This document shows, piece after piece, positions 1 to 10,184 of a DNA stretch of 58,646 bases. The notes beneath the pieces were generated by a model. That model saw only the letters and a list, made by a program, of their open reading frames with translations. It had not been told where the DNA came from and did not search any database. Positions within the stretch are counted from its first letter, which is position 1. Each line of letters opens with the position of its first letter. A program made the translations under genes and the position numbers. Origin of the DNA: an uncultured Gammaproteobacteria bacterium (GTDB lineage: Bacteria > Pseudomonadota > Gammaproteobacteria > CAYTUN01); contig CAYTUN010000002.1 in NCBI GenBank assembly GCA_964441315.1, positions 1 through 58,646 of the forward strand. The letters run 5' to 3'.

Positions 1-82
1 TTATTTTATTGGCAGATGTCATCAAAGTTGTCCTTCTCCCCTTGCGGGAGAAGGTGCCCCAACGGGGCGGATGAGGGGTGAT
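1..82. repeat. Family-1 MITE-like element, right half only (cut by window start)
   Basis: ttggcagatg...gtccttctccccttgcgggagaaggtgccccaacggggcggatgaggggtga is the reverse complement of the ~50-nt arm cacccctcatccgccccgttggggcaccttctcccgcaaggggagaaggac at 53011 and 58594. Confidence 0.85.
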
Positions 83-109
83 TTAAAATCTAAATTCAAA
101 GTTTCAAAT

Positions 110-1597
110 TCAACCTGGCGGCAAAATTCCTACCAACACGTCAACTGTATTCTGAGGTTTATTTGAACGATGCCGTTCAACCTGCATCACTCCCAAATTA
201 ATTAAATTCGGATATTTTTGATAAACCTCTGATGGAAAATCTTTGCCATCAGATTCGAGCCATAAAAAAATCGCACCGGATTTTTTCATTTGATCAATAT
301 CAATGCCTGGACTTTTGACCGGGTCCCAATCAATAAAAACCTGGGGTTTTTCTTTGCCATAATGTAAAACATAGCCTGCTAAATAACGATTACCCGCAAC
401 ATATGCCAGTGGTTTTTGATAACGCGACTGCCAAATATTTTCAATATTTTCGGCAAAATTTTTGGCAGGAAAGTTTCCACTGGAATCGCTATTTGGCTTA
501 GTCATTGCATAACTATAACCAATAGCATAAGCCGCAAAAATTAATACAACAGGAACCAGCACCTGACATAGTTTTTTCGGCGTCACTACCGGTTTTAATA
601 AAGTCACTGCTAATAAACCAGCGAGTGATAATAATGGCATGCCCCAAAGCGTATGCAGTTGCCAACCAGTAATTAAACCAAGCAAAATCGTAATAATAAA
701 AGTTCCTGTCGCCGTAAATAAAATAAACGAGCGATCAAATTCGGAAATTTCAATTAACATTTGACGTGGCAGGCCAATAAAAACAAAGCTCAAGACGATT
801 AATGCTATCGCCAAATTGATTAATTGCAATAATCCAAAACGTAAGCTTGGCATAATATATTGCCAAAGATTAAACGCCTGATTATCGGAAACGCGATTGA
901 ATGCATATTGCACGGTAATAAATTCGTGCTGATAAAGCCAAATCACATGAGGCAGTACCAGGCAAATAAAAACAATAAAGGAAATATATAAACCTGCGGA
1001 TTTAAAACTTAAGCGAGCTTGTTTATTAACAATTAAAAAAAGTAATAAAGTGATCAAAAAAATGACAGCGTAATATTTCGTCATTAAAGCCAAAGCAGAA
1101 AAAATTCCAACAATAATCCAGTCGCGAATTTTTTGTTGCATCAAGGCGCGATAAAAAAATAAAGTGATTAAAGGCCACAAACCTAATTCAATGACATTAT
1201 CATTAAAATCCACCGCCGCTAAGCTGTAATATTGGATCACTTCCAAAACAATCACAGCCAATAATGCCTGCAGCGGAAGTAACCATTTGCGCCCGAGACG
1301 ATAAACTGCCAGCAATCCCGCAACAACAAATAATTGGCTAAATAAATAAACCAGCCAATCCTGCCCCTGACTTAAGTTCAATGCAAAATGTGTCAACCAA
1401 GCATTCATCCAAGGATTACGATCATAGCCCCAATCTAAGTGCTGCCCCCATACCGCGCCTTCTAAAGAATCCATCGGCAGGGCATAACGCAGTGTGGCTG
1501 GCAATAAAGTCCAGATAAAAACATGCAGCACGCAGAGCGTGCTGAAAAGGGTGTTGGCTAGTTTGCGATGTGGTACAGGGTTACCCGTCATCATCAT
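110..1597 (-). CDS. Polytopic membrane glycosyltransferase, ArnT/PMT-like (GT39/GT83 type)
   Basis: 495 aa with many TM helices. The N-terminal pattern LPMDSLEGAVWGQHLDWGYDRNPW resembles lipid-carrier-dependent glycosyltransferases. Family-level call only. Confidence 0.55.
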   Translation of the reverse strand: MMMTGNPVPHRKLANTLFSTLCVLHVFIWTLLPATLRYALPMDSLEGAVWGQHLDWGYDRNPWMNAWLTHFALNLSQGQDWLVYLFSQLFVVAGLLAVYRLGRKWLLPLQALLAVIVLEVIQYYSLAAVDFNDNVIELGLWPLITLFFYRALMQQKIRDWIIVGIFSALALMTKYYAVIFLITLLLFLIVNKQARLSFKSAGLYISFIVFICLVLPHVIWLYQHEFITVQYAFNRVSDNQAFNLWQYIMPSLRFGLLQLINLAIALIVLSFVFIGLPRQMLIEISEFDRSFILFTATGTFIITILLGLITGWQLHTLWGMPLLSLAGLLAVTLLKPVVTPKKLCQVLVPVVLIFAAYAIGYSYAMTKPNSDSSGNFPAKNFAENIENIWQSRYQKPLAYVAGNRYLAGYVLHYGKEKPQVFIDWDPVKSPGIDIDQMKKSGAIFLWLESDGKDFPSEVYQKYPNLINLGVMQVERHRSNKPQNTVDVLVGILPPG

Positions 1598-1602
1598 TGC
1601 AC

Positions 1603-2955
1603 TTAGTGGGTGGCGGGCATTGATTTAGGATTTTTTTCTTGCGCATCGTTTTGAAATTGCGCTTCGCAGTGAGTTTCTTTGATAAACCAGATGGATGCGA
1701 TTAGAGCGATAATTGATGAGATCGGCACCAGGGCCAGTGCATAGTGATAATCATGCACATTATAGCTGGGCGCATTTTTAAACATTGAGCCATCCCACAT
1801 CGCTTTGAGTATTAGACCTGCGATAGGTTGCAGCATAGTGCCGCCAATAATCACTGCCATGTTTTGAAAGCCAATGGCGGTACCGGCAACATTGTGATTA
1901 TTAATGTCTTTAATGACGCCAAAACTCACTGCCTGGCCGGAAGAAGCAACACCAAAGAAAAACAAGAGAACATACATTGCCATGATAGAAATGCTGGGGA
2001 AATAAATCAGCCAGACAGAAGAAATCAAACCGATCACGGCGCAGATAATCAAAGGAATTTTACGGCTGCCGATATGGTCCGACCACCAGCCAAATGCAGC
2101 ATTGCCAATACCAACACCTACCCAGAGTAAAATACTAGATAATGCCGCCTGCTCAGGGCTGATATTAAAACGCACCACTAAGAAAGGAATGCCGAATAAG
2201 CCAGCGAATAAAACAATTGGCGACCAGATACCGAAAGCATAAATCGCTGCCCACCAGTTCTGCATTTTAGACATTACCCGCTTTAAGCGCGTAAATTCGC
2301 TCATCGTTTCCGTGCTGGAAAGTGAGTGTGAGCGGCTGCTGTGGTTTTCACCTGGCTTAGGGCTTTTTGCGCGTTCACGAATCAAGAGCGCCATCATTAA
2401 CATGCCAAGAAAACCGACTATGGCAAATACGACAGTGGTCGGGCGCCAGCCAAAGGCATTAGCGGCATAAGCAATCGGCGCCTGGCCAACGATGGCGCCA
2501 ACGCAGCCCATAAACTGGACGATACCCACATTTAGCGCAAAATATTGCGGCGGGAACCAACGCGCGGCGATGACTAAAGAACCAACAAAAGCAAACGCGC
2601 CTGAAAAACCGACCAAGAAAAATGCGAGGTTGGCAATAAAAAGGTTGGGCGCGAGCGCGAATAATAAAGTACCGAGTGAACAAACTCCCATTGCCGAAGT
2701 GAGCAGAAGTCTCACGCCAAAGCGATCGTACAAAAGCCCCACCGGCACTTGCATGCTGACATAGCCATAATAAAAAAGTGAAGTTAAAAATCCGAGACCC
2801 GCAGCCGACATATTAAAATCGCGCATTAATTCTTGGGTAATCGCACTGGGGATCGTGCGAATCGCAAATTCGTAAAGATAGAAAAATACGCCGAGACTAA
2901 AAACAATAATCGCAAACGCGTATTTGTGTTGATTTTTTTGTGTCGAATTTTCCAT
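1603..2955 (-). CDS. MFS transporter
   Basis: 450 aa with a 12-TM-like profile. MFS-type loop GLLYDRFGVRLLL after TM2, and a central hydrophilic loop. Confidence 0.8.
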   Translation of the reverse strand: MENSTQKNQHKYAFAIIVFSLGVFFYLYEFAIRTIPSAITQELMRDFNMSAAGLGFLTSLFYYGYVSMQVPVGLLYDRFGVRLLLTSAMGVCSLGTLLFALAPNLFIANLAFFLVGFSGAFAFVGSLVIAARWFPPQYFALNVGIVQFMGCVGAIVGQAPIAYAANAFGWRPTTVVFAIVGFLGMLMMALLIRERAKSPKPGENHSSRSHSLSSTETMSEFTRLKRVMSKMQNWWAAIYAFGIWSPIVLFAGLFGIPFLVVRFNISPEQAALSSILLWVGVGIGNAAFGWWSDHIGSRKIPLIICAVIGLISSVWLIYFPSISIMAMYVLLFFFGVASSGQAVSFGVIKDINNHNVAGTAIGFQNMAVIIGGTMLQPIAGLILKAMWDGSMFKNAPSYNVHDYHYALALVPISSIIALIASIWFIKETHCEAQFQNDAQEKNPKSMPATH

Positions 2956-3085
2956 GGGGGTCGATTCTATACTGCAAGTTTTGGAGAATCAACAACCACC
3001 TTTGCAGCTTCGCTGCAAAGCAAAGTGTTGGTCGGGCGAGTTGCGAGTTTGTTAATTTGATATTTTTTGCTTGGAAAATTATGCT

Positions 3086-3186
3086 CTTTGTCATTGCGAG
3101 CGAAGCGCGGCAATCTCCTGAGTGCGAGAGGCTGTGATGTTAATTTGAAATTAGGGGATTGCTTCGCTTTGCTCGCAATGACAAAG
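3086..3186. repeat. Family-2 palindromic element (inverted pair of the ~35-nt unit gtcattgcgagSgaagcg..ggcaatctcctga)
   Basis: ctttgtcattgcgagcgaagcgcggcaatctcctga ... aggggattgcttcgctttgctcgcaatgacaaag. The same unit recurs at 36452, 42573 and 52295. It lies between the divergent MFS and ubiC genes. Confidence 0.85.
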
Positions 3187-3196
3187 GGTGATTAAT

Positions 3197-3706
3197 ATGC
3201 ATTATAAATGGCAAAATTCGATTGAAACCATCTGCAACGAAGAAAAAATTTGCTCGTGGTTAATTTATAAAAATTCAATGACTGCGGCATTAAATCAATT
3301 AACGCAAAATCAATTAGTCATTGAAATATTAGCTGAAAAATTTGTCGATCAAGATTGGCAACGTGAAACTTTGCTTTTGGCTGATAATAAACCGTTGATG
3401 TATGCGATTAGCCGGTTTCCTGAAAATACTTATTTAAATTGCAAACTGGAATTAAATCACTTGGGACAAAAATCTTTGGGTGCGACTTTAATTGATAAAG
3501 AAAGTTTTCCAAAAAGAAATTTTATTTTTGCGGAAATAAAAATCGACGATGAAAATTTAAAAACATTTGCGCCATTTCACTCTGAAAGAAAATTTTGTTA
3601 CTTGCGTCAAAGTGAGCTCAGCATTAAACAGCAGCCATTAATTTTAACGGAATATTTTTTACCCCATTTGCTGGATTGGATCGCCAATTCACCGCGAATT
3701 TTATGA
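3197..3706 (+). CDS. ubiC: Chorismate--pyruvate lyase
   Basis: Sits immediately upstream of ubiA with an ATGA stop/start overlap. Has UbiC-like motifs (RETLLL...PLMYAISRFP, LGQKSLGATLI). The ATG at 3197 is preferred over the GTG at 3188. Confidence 0.6.
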   Translation: MHYKWQNSIETICNEEKICSWLIYKNSMTAALNQLTQNQLVIEILAEKFVDQDWQRETLLLADNKPLMYAISRFPENTYLNCKLELNHLGQKSLGATLIDKESFPKRNFIFAEIKIDDENLKTFAPFHSERKFCYLRQSELSIKQQPLILTEYFLPHLLDWIANSPRIL

Positions 3707-4569
3707 CCCAGTCCAAAGTTAATTTCACTTATGAAATCCTCCGCTTGATGCGTGTCGACCGTCCCATCGGCTATTTATTATTGCTTTGGCCAACCTGGTG
3801 GGCGCTCTGGCTCGCGGCTGGCGGGGTGCCGCCATTGAAGTTGCTAGTCATTTTTACCGGCGGGGTAATTCTCATGCGCTCGGCGGGTTGTGTGATTAAT
3901 GATTTTGCTGATCGCAAAATTGATCCAGAAGTCGCTCGCACCAAAAATCGCCCTTTGGCAAAAGGGGCGATAAGCCCGAGGGTGGCAATTGCTGTGTTTC
4001 TGGTTTTGATTACGATCGCTGGCAGTTTACTGGTTTTTTTGAATAACCTGACTCGGCTGCTTGCTCTGATAGCGGTTTTAATTACTCTTATTTATCCCTT
4101 TTGCAAACGCTTTTTCATCTTACCGCAACTGGTCTTAGGCAGCGCCTTTGCCATGAGCGTGCCGATGTCTTTTGCCGCCACATTGGGCAGCATCCCCTGG
4201 ACTGCCTGGTGGCTTTTCGCGGCGGTGGTGGTTTGGACTTTTGTTTATGATACGTTTTATGCGATGGTGGATCAGGCCGATGATGCAAAGGTAGGGGTTT
4301 ATAGTTCAGCGCTGTTTTTGGGAAAACACGCGCTCTGGGTCACTAGCCTCTTACAGCTTGTATTTGTTTTACAGCTCTCAGCTCTAGGTAGTTTTATGCA
4401 GCTTGATTGGAGGTATCAATTGGGCGCATTAGGCGCTTGCCTATTATCGCTTTACCAGCAATATTTGCTGAGAAAAGGGCAATCTCAGGATTACTTTAAG
4501 GCATTTAGTAATAATAGTTGGCTGGGTTTGATAGTATGGCTGGGAATATGGGTAGGTTTACATAAATAA
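3703..4569 (+). CDS. ubiA: 4-hydroxybenzoate polyprenyltransferase
   Basis: NDFADRKIDPEVARTKNRPLA and YDTFYAMVDQADD are the two Asp-rich UbiA prenyltransferase motifs. Multi-TM. The ATG at 3703 overlaps the ubiC TGA. Confidence 0.93.
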   Translation: MTQSKVNFTYEILRLMRVDRPIGYLLLLWPTWWALWLAAGGVPPLKLLVIFTGGVILMRSAGCVINDFADRKIDPEVARTKNRPLAKGAISPRVAIAVFLVLITIAGSLLVFLNNLTRLLALIAVLITLIYPFCKRFFILPQLVLGSAFAMSVPMSFAATLGSIPWTAWWLFAAVVVWTFVYDTFYAMVDQADDAKVGVYSSALFLGKHALWVTSLLQLVFVLQLSALGSFMQLDWRYQLGALGACLLSLYQQYLLRKGQSQDYFKAFSNNSWLGLIVWLGIWVGLHK

Positions 4570-4700
4570 ATTATCTGTTGTAAGTGAAAAATACTATTTT
4601 AATCTTTCTTTAAGCCACAAAGTACATACTCATCACTAGCTCAATCGGATTTGACCGGTTAAGATTGCAATTAACTTTAATTAATTATTTGAGAAAAATT

Positions 4701-7700
4701 ATGGGAACAGAAGTATTAAAACCCGCAGCTATACAACCATCTTTTCAAGGGTATTTATCAGATTCAACTGCTGTTCAAAATATATCTCGATCGGAGCTGC
4801 ACAAAGATCTTTTATTGCTTCAAGGTATGTATGGAAAATTGACGGTTTTTCTTACTGAAGTTAGCAACGAAAGAACTCTTGTGGAAGATATTGCTCGTTT
4901 ATACAAGACGAATGTTGAAGAACGACGGGGTTATCTCCATGTACATTTTGATGATAAGGATTTAGAGAACCTCAAAATCAAATCTAATAAACTAAGCAAT
5001 CTACTTGAAGCGGCCCTTAAAGATAAAAAAAATCAAGAAGAAGAAGCCAAGCTTTCAGCTGCAGTCGGTCTCTTAAAAAAAATGATCAGTGAAATTGATC
5101 TAGTTAAAAATACAAGACAAGCGCAAATTACTGCAGAATATCTAAAAGAAAACTCCGCACTTAAATTATTCAAAAAAGATGCTGATGGCTACTACCAAGT
5201 CATCACAGTGCCTGATAATAAACAGCAGGAGATAGCGCAAAATTTACAGCAACGTAACCATCAAAGCTTCCGTGTCTGGACCAGCAGTGTTTCTGGAAAT
5301 GAGACATTAATAGCGGCTGAAAATGAACCTGCTTGTATTGAAGCAATGGCGAATTATCTGATTGAAAAATGCAAACAAGACCCCACTAAAACAGTTTTCA
5401 TCAAAGAAGGCAAGCCAAATGAAAAAGAGATCGTTTTAAAGCTTTGCGCGCGTGCGGGCGTAATCGTCAAAAGCTGTGGCGGACAAGGGGGTTGGCCAAG
5501 CCCAAGCTTAAAAGCACTGCATGAAGCACTTGCTCACTTTAAGAACGTTGAAAGAATTGATATTTCTGATTGGGCAGCAGTATTACGCCGCTTCATGGAA
5601 AACTCCAAGCCTATTAAAAAGCCAGGTTTTATAGAAACATATCTTCCAGCCATCGCACCTATCACAGATATCATCACAGATATCGTCACACCAATAGATT
5701 TATTTAAGACCTATCTCAGCTGTTTTCAGCCTAATGATGAAGTGGTGATGAGAGTTTTAAATCTTTCTATAGCCAATATAGGAAGTGAAAAAGCAGCAGA
5801 CATCAAAACTGCACAGCTAAATGCTATGAAAATATTTCGTGCATTGGATGGGGATGAGTCTACTAATTTTCTTAGTCAACACGCAGTTTTTAAAAAGCTG
5901 ATTGAACTAGACCCAGATGGCAATAACGCAGAGGTCGCTCTTAAACGCCATGATCTTTATGCTTCTTGCATGCTCGATAAAGAAAATTTTACTGGAAATT
6001 TAAACTCGCTATTCAAACAAGTTTGCAAAATCCGGCATAAACTCGAATCTAAAAAAACTACAGAGAAGGCATTTGGTGACAAGCCAGTTGATTTTTCAAC
6101 AGAAGAAGAAATTGCGAAGGATGAAAGCAAGGAGCTCATAAAAGCTCTAATCAAATATCCCGATTTCTTGAGCACTTTTATGAGAAGTTACCCTCAAGCA
6201 GGTCCGCTTCGTAAGTTGGTAATGAGCAACGCAACCGTTGAAGATCTACAAAAGCTTGTTGACAATATTCCAAATATTAAAAGTGGCGAAAAAGCAGGCA
6301 CATTGCAGGGTCTCCTCAAAAGTTTTGGCGACGTTAAAGAAACTGTTTTGTTTGGATTTTTAGAAAATTCAAAACCAGATGTTCGCATAATGGTTATGAC
6401 ATATTTAAGCAAAGACCTGCGAAATAAAATCATAGCAAAAGAACTCGAGTTAGCTAAAACCGTATTGCTTGGCATGGTAAAGAAACCTTTGGATCATAAA
6501 AGCGCAATCATTGAGCTTTTTTCCGAATCTAACTCTGAAAATGCTATTAGTCTATTGATTGGTTATCCAAGTCCTAAAAAACCTAAAATCAGGTTATCTG
6601 ATATTATAAAATCCTGTAAAGATCCAGAAATTTCTGAGATTTTTAATGGCATTCTTGCTGTAAGCAAGAATGCTGACAATAAGCTTGATCAAGCCCTATT
6701 TAATACCTGTGTAGGTAATTTTTTTCAATGCGTTGATGTTAATCCCGAAACGCGAAATGAATTCGGTAAGTCTTGGCAATCACTTAAAACTAATGGACTT
6801 ATTAAAGAGCTCCGTGAAATTGAAACTTGCTTTTCGCTGACTCCTAAATTATTCGAGGTAGTAAAACTGCAAGAGATTGAGGCTGCAAAAGACACATTTA
6901 TTCGATTATTAGAAACTTCCTCTGAAGGCACCTCAAAGCAAACTATTCTGCGCCAATTTTTACTTAAAGTTCCGTCAGTTTATCTGGAAGGCGCAAGTTT
7001 TAAAGCTATCACATACTTGGATGTCATGCCCAAATTGCCACCAAGCAAAATATATCTTATTCATAACGAAATAGTACAACTAAAAGAAGCTGAGCGAATT
7101 TTATTAACTAGTAAATTTATTCGCGCTTTAGATAGCTGCCCTCAATTTGATCTTAAAACTTTTTGGCAAGGTTTATCGGTTGAAACACGTAGAACTTATG
7201 AATCCTTTCTGACAGATTCACAAAAAACAACTTTGCGCGATGTAGAGGTTACATTTGTAAGAACTGCATTCATAAAATTACTTGAAATTGGAATTTTTTA
7301 TGGAAATAGAATCAAACAGGCATCCAAAGAAAGCAAAATACCTATGCCTCTAATCCAACGAATGAAATCTGAGATAGTAACAAAATTAACTCAATATCTT
7401 TCAAATGACCCCAAGGCATATTCCAAGGATACGAGTTTTAAAACCATTAATGCCAAAGATATTATCAAAAGTATGGACAAGCATTCTATTTCCAACTTGC
7501 GTTATTTTATATTTGACTTCGTACATGGATTAAGAAAATCAGAAAGAGCAGAAATCGTTCCGCAATTATTTGTTGCTTTAGGGGACGCTAATGGTGAGTG
7601 CAAAAATGTTTGGAAAGATTTTTTAAATGATTATGTGGCGAATATCAATATCTTGGAAGCAATAACTGAATTGGATGAACCAACACAAGCAAGGATACTT

Positions 7701-8387
7701 CCTGATGTTTTTACTGCTTTAGATAGTGTGGAGGGTGCGTTCGCGCATCTATGGCAACATTTAGATTTGGATGAAAAGAAAAAGTATGCGCCGTACTTGA
7801 GCAGTAATCAAATTGAATTTCTAACGCAACAATTTAAGGAAAAAATACCTTCATATAATCCGCGTATAAACGAAGCCGGAGTTCATGTGGGGAATAATTT
7901 TTTACTGGAATTTGAGGACGACCTTGAAAAACGTTTCGCGATTTTGAAAGCAAAAACGAGACGTGATGATCCGCCCATCGCTATCGAACAAGAGGAAAAA
8001 GCACCTATGATTAATGGCGATAGTCTCGACGCATCCTCCATCAAAGAATACTTTGCACTAGTCGAGGGGAACCCACAGTTTATAAAGGGATTAATGGCCA
8101 AATTAACTCCTGATCGAATTTTATATTTATCCAATAAAATTGAAGCAATGCCACACAATGATAAAATTTTTATTTTGCCTGATCTCTATCGTAATATTCC
8201 AGATCAAAAACTGCCCGAAATTTTGGATAAAATACCCAGAGAACATACATTTAAGAAGAATTTAGAAGAATACTGCCGCATACATATATCAGAATCAAAT
8301 TTAGAATCTAATAAAGAAGGTGATGTAAGTGACCCAGAAGAAACAGGATCCCCTCAACTTGGATCACCTACTCAGCATAGAAGCTGA
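4701..8387 (+). CDS. Large hypothetical protein (~1228 aa from the ATG at 4701), no recognisable domain; candidate secreted effector
   Basis: Long uninterrupted ORF, helical and charged, with no TM helix or signal peptide. Contains degenerate internal repeats (ALDS-x8/9-WQxL-x7-Y...). The C-terminal tail is acidic and Ser-rich. Confidence 0.7.
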   Translation: MGTEVLKPAAIQPSFQGYLSDSTAVQNISRSELHKDLLLLQGMYGKLTVFLTEVSNERTLVEDIARLYKTNVEERRGYLHVHFDDKDLENLKIKSNKLSNLLEAALKDKKNQEEEAKLSAAVGLLKKMISEIDLVKNTRQAQITAEYLKENSALKLFKKDADGYYQVITVPDNKQQEIAQNLQQRNHQSFRVWTSSVSGNETLIAAENEPACIEAMANYLIEKCKQDPTKTVFIKEGKPNEKEIVLKLCARAGVIVKSCGGQGGWPSPSLKALHEALAHFKNVERIDISDWAAVLRRFMENSKPIKKPGFIETYLPAIAPITDIITDIVTPIDLFKTYLSCFQPNDEVVMRVLNLSIANIGSEKAADIKTAQLNAMKIFRALDGDESTNFLSQHAVFKKLIELDPDGNNAEVALKRHDLYASCMLDKENFTGNLNSLFKQVCKIRHKLESKKTTEKAFGDKPVDFSTEEEIAKDESKELIKALIKYPDFLSTFMRSYPQAGPLRKLVMSNATVEDLQKLVDNIPNIKSGEKAGTLQGLLKSFGDVKETVLFGFLENSKPDVRIMVMTYLSKDLRNKIIAKELELAKTVLLGMVKKPLDHKSAIIELFSESNSENAISLLIGYPSPKKPKIRLSDIIKSCKDPEISEIFNGILAVSKNADNKLDQALFNTCVGNFFQCVDVNPETRNEFGKSWQSLKTNGLIKELREIETCFSLTPKLFEVVKLQEIEAAKDTFIRLLETSSEGTSKQTILRQFLLKVPSVYLEGASFKAITYLDVMPKLPPSKIYLIHNEIVQLKEAERILLTSKFIRALDSCPQFDLKTFWQGLSVETRRTYESFLTDSQKTTLRDVEVTFVRTAFIKLLEIGIFYGNRIKQASKESKIPMPLIQRMKSEIVTKLTQYLSNDPKAYSKDTSFKTINAKDIIKSMDKHSISNLRYFIFDFVHGLRKSERAEIVPQLFVALGDANGECKNVWKDFLNDYVANINILEAITELDEPTQARILPDVFTALDSVEGAFAHLWQHLDLDEKKKYAPYLSSNQIEFLTQQFKEKIPSYNPRINEAGVHVGNNFLLEFEDDLEKRFAILKAKTRRDDPPIAIEQEEKAPMINGDSLDASSIKEYFALVEGNPQFIKGLMAKLTPDRILYLSNKIEAMPHNDKIFILPDLYRNIPDQKLPEILDKIPREHTFKKNLEEYCRIHISESNLESNKEGDVSDPEETGSPQLGSPTQHRS

Positions 8388-8673
8388 GCTAAGCCTTTTT
8401 TAAATTTTTAAATAATTTGGGCTTGTTTGCCACTGTATTTTCTTTGCAAGAAAACCAATGTTTTGTGCAAAATAGCACCGCATTTAAAAAATGCATAATT
8501 GATATACGACGAAAATTTAGTGCTATTTCGCTATTAGGCTTTGATTTTTGCAGTCAGAAAAGCAGATGCTATTCGTGATGTATTTAAAGTGATGTATTTA
8601 AATTTAAGGCTAGTTACGCAAAATCCTGTTAATTTATTGGCGTTAATAACAGAAATTTTTATTCAAAATTTTA

Positions 8674-9255
8674 TTACCGCCCCCGCCGAAACGAGGCCGA
8701 AAAACTGCTTTTTTTGTAAGAAGACAAATGCTCCCTCACCCGCCTCCGTTTCAGAAAATCATCTTCCGTAGGCGCGTAATTTTCTAAAGTAATATCATAA
8801 TCCTCTGCCGCCATCCAGGCCGCCCATTTCATTAGACTGCTGCCGGAAAGAATTTCAAAAGAATACCAATCAAATCCTTTGGCTAAAGCCAACATGCTGT
8901 ATGCGGTTGTGACTGCTTGATTAATGATCGTCCCCTGCTGCCCGCCGCCATCCTCATCATCAGGATCGCCATTACCATACAGTCGGATACCTGCCGAGGA
9001 GGACATGTGGATTCCATCGTACTGAATTTTCCAACCGCTATCGGCACGGTAACGTAAGGTTTCATTAAAGCGGTAAACACCGCCTGACATACTGGTTGCG
9101 GCAATTTCTAAATAAGGGTAATGCTCCAGCAAATAAATCAAATCGGATTCTTTGACAGGACGGCTCCAATCCAGGCGGCCTGCTTCAAAATCGTCCAGGC
9201 CTTGATTGCGGAGCGTCCAAATATTTTTTGCTATTTCATCGTCACGATTTGTCAT
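8674..9255 (-). CDS. Hypothetical protein, translationally coupled to the upstream alpha/beta hydrolase
   Basis: 193-aa ORF. Its ATG (9255-9253) overlaps the hydrolase TGA (9254-9252) as ATGA. No family recognised. Confidence 0.6.
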   Translation of the reverse strand: MTNRDDEIAKNIWTLRNQGLDDFEAGRLDWSRPVKESDLIYLLEHYPYLEIAATSMSGGVYRFNETLRYRADSGWKIQYDGIHMSSSAGIRLYGNGDPDDEDGGGQQGTIINQAVTTAYSMLALAKGFDWYSFEILSGSSLMKWAAWMAAEDYDITLENYAPTEDDFLKRRRVREHLSSYKKSSFSASFRRGR

Positions 9256-9881
9256 ATTTTTGCTAATTCTTCGATTAAAATTTCACGTAATGGGATTAGT
9301 TTAGCATGAAAAAAATGGCCGGTGTCGGGAAAAACTAGATAATGCGGCGGAGTTGGAAATTGCTTTACCCAGGCGCTGACTTGATTGTTAGGCACTACTT
9401 CATCATTTTCGCCTTGCACAATCCAGCAAGCTAAATCGGGAAAATCATCTAAAGAAAATTCAAAATGATTGACCGGTGGCGCGATTAAAACTAATTTTTC
9501 CGGCCCAATTTTTTTCGCAGCAGAAAAAGCAACATAACTACCAAAAGAAAATCCGGCGAGTGAAATTTTAGGATGGGAATATTTTTGCTTTATTTGTTCG
9601 ATAATTTCTAATAAATCTTCCGTTTCACCGATTCCTTGGTCAAATATTCCTTCACTTTTACCAACGCCGCGAAAATTAAAGCGCAATGTATTAATGTTGA
9701 GTGAATTAAAAACTTTTACTAATGTGGTGACGACTTTATTTTGCATCGTGCCGCCTTGCAAAGAATGCGGATGGCAAACGATGGCGAATTTATCGGCGTC
9801 TGCGTTTTCCGGCTCTGACAATATGGCTTCGACATTGCCGGTTTTTGTTTTTAAAAATAATGGGGTTTCTTTTATTTTCAT
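9252..9881 (-). CDS. Alpha/beta hydrolase (small COG2945-like serine hydrolase)
   Basis: CHPHSLQGGTM, FNFRGVGKSEG, nucleophile elbow GFSFGS, and C-terminal DEVV/..GHFF. Start moved to MKIKETP (9881) because the longer ORF reads into a MITE arm. Confidence 0.7.
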   Translation of the reverse strand: MKIKETPLFLKTKTGNVEAILSEPENADADKFAIVCHPHSLQGGTMQNKVVTTLVKVFNSLNINTLRFNFRGVGKSEGIFDQGIGETEDLLEIIEQIKQKYSHPKISLAGFSFGSYVAFSAAKKIGPEKLVLIAPPVNHFEFSLDDFPDLACWIVQGENDEVVPNNQVSAWVKQFPTPPHYLVFPDTGHFFHAKLIPLREILIEELAKI

Positions 9882-9920
9882 GATTGATTGATTAAATTTT
9901 TTTGAAAATTGGTTTTTATT

Positions 9921-10184
9921 ACCCCTCATCCGGCCCGTTGGGCCACCTTCTCCCACAAGGGGAGAAGGCCAGCTTTAAAAACATCTGCCAAATTAAATAA
10001 AACTTGTGTAATTAAAACAAAACCTAGTGTAATCAAATAAAGCTTAGTGTAAGGAAATACGCCTATTTGTAAATTTCCATGGGGCAAGCCCTGTGGTTTT
10101 AAGCACTGTATAAAAAGCCATTGAACTTCGAAGAGGCCTTCTCCCCTTGTGGGAGAAGGTGGCCCAACGGGCCGGATGAGGGGT
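9921..10184. repeat. Family-1 MITE-like element, complete copy (variant arms)
   Basis: Terminal inverted arms acccctcatccggcccgttgggccaccttctcccacaaggggagaaggcc / ggccttctccccttgtgggagaaggtggcccaacgggccggatgaggggt, separated by ~160 nt of AT-rich core. Confidence 0.9.
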
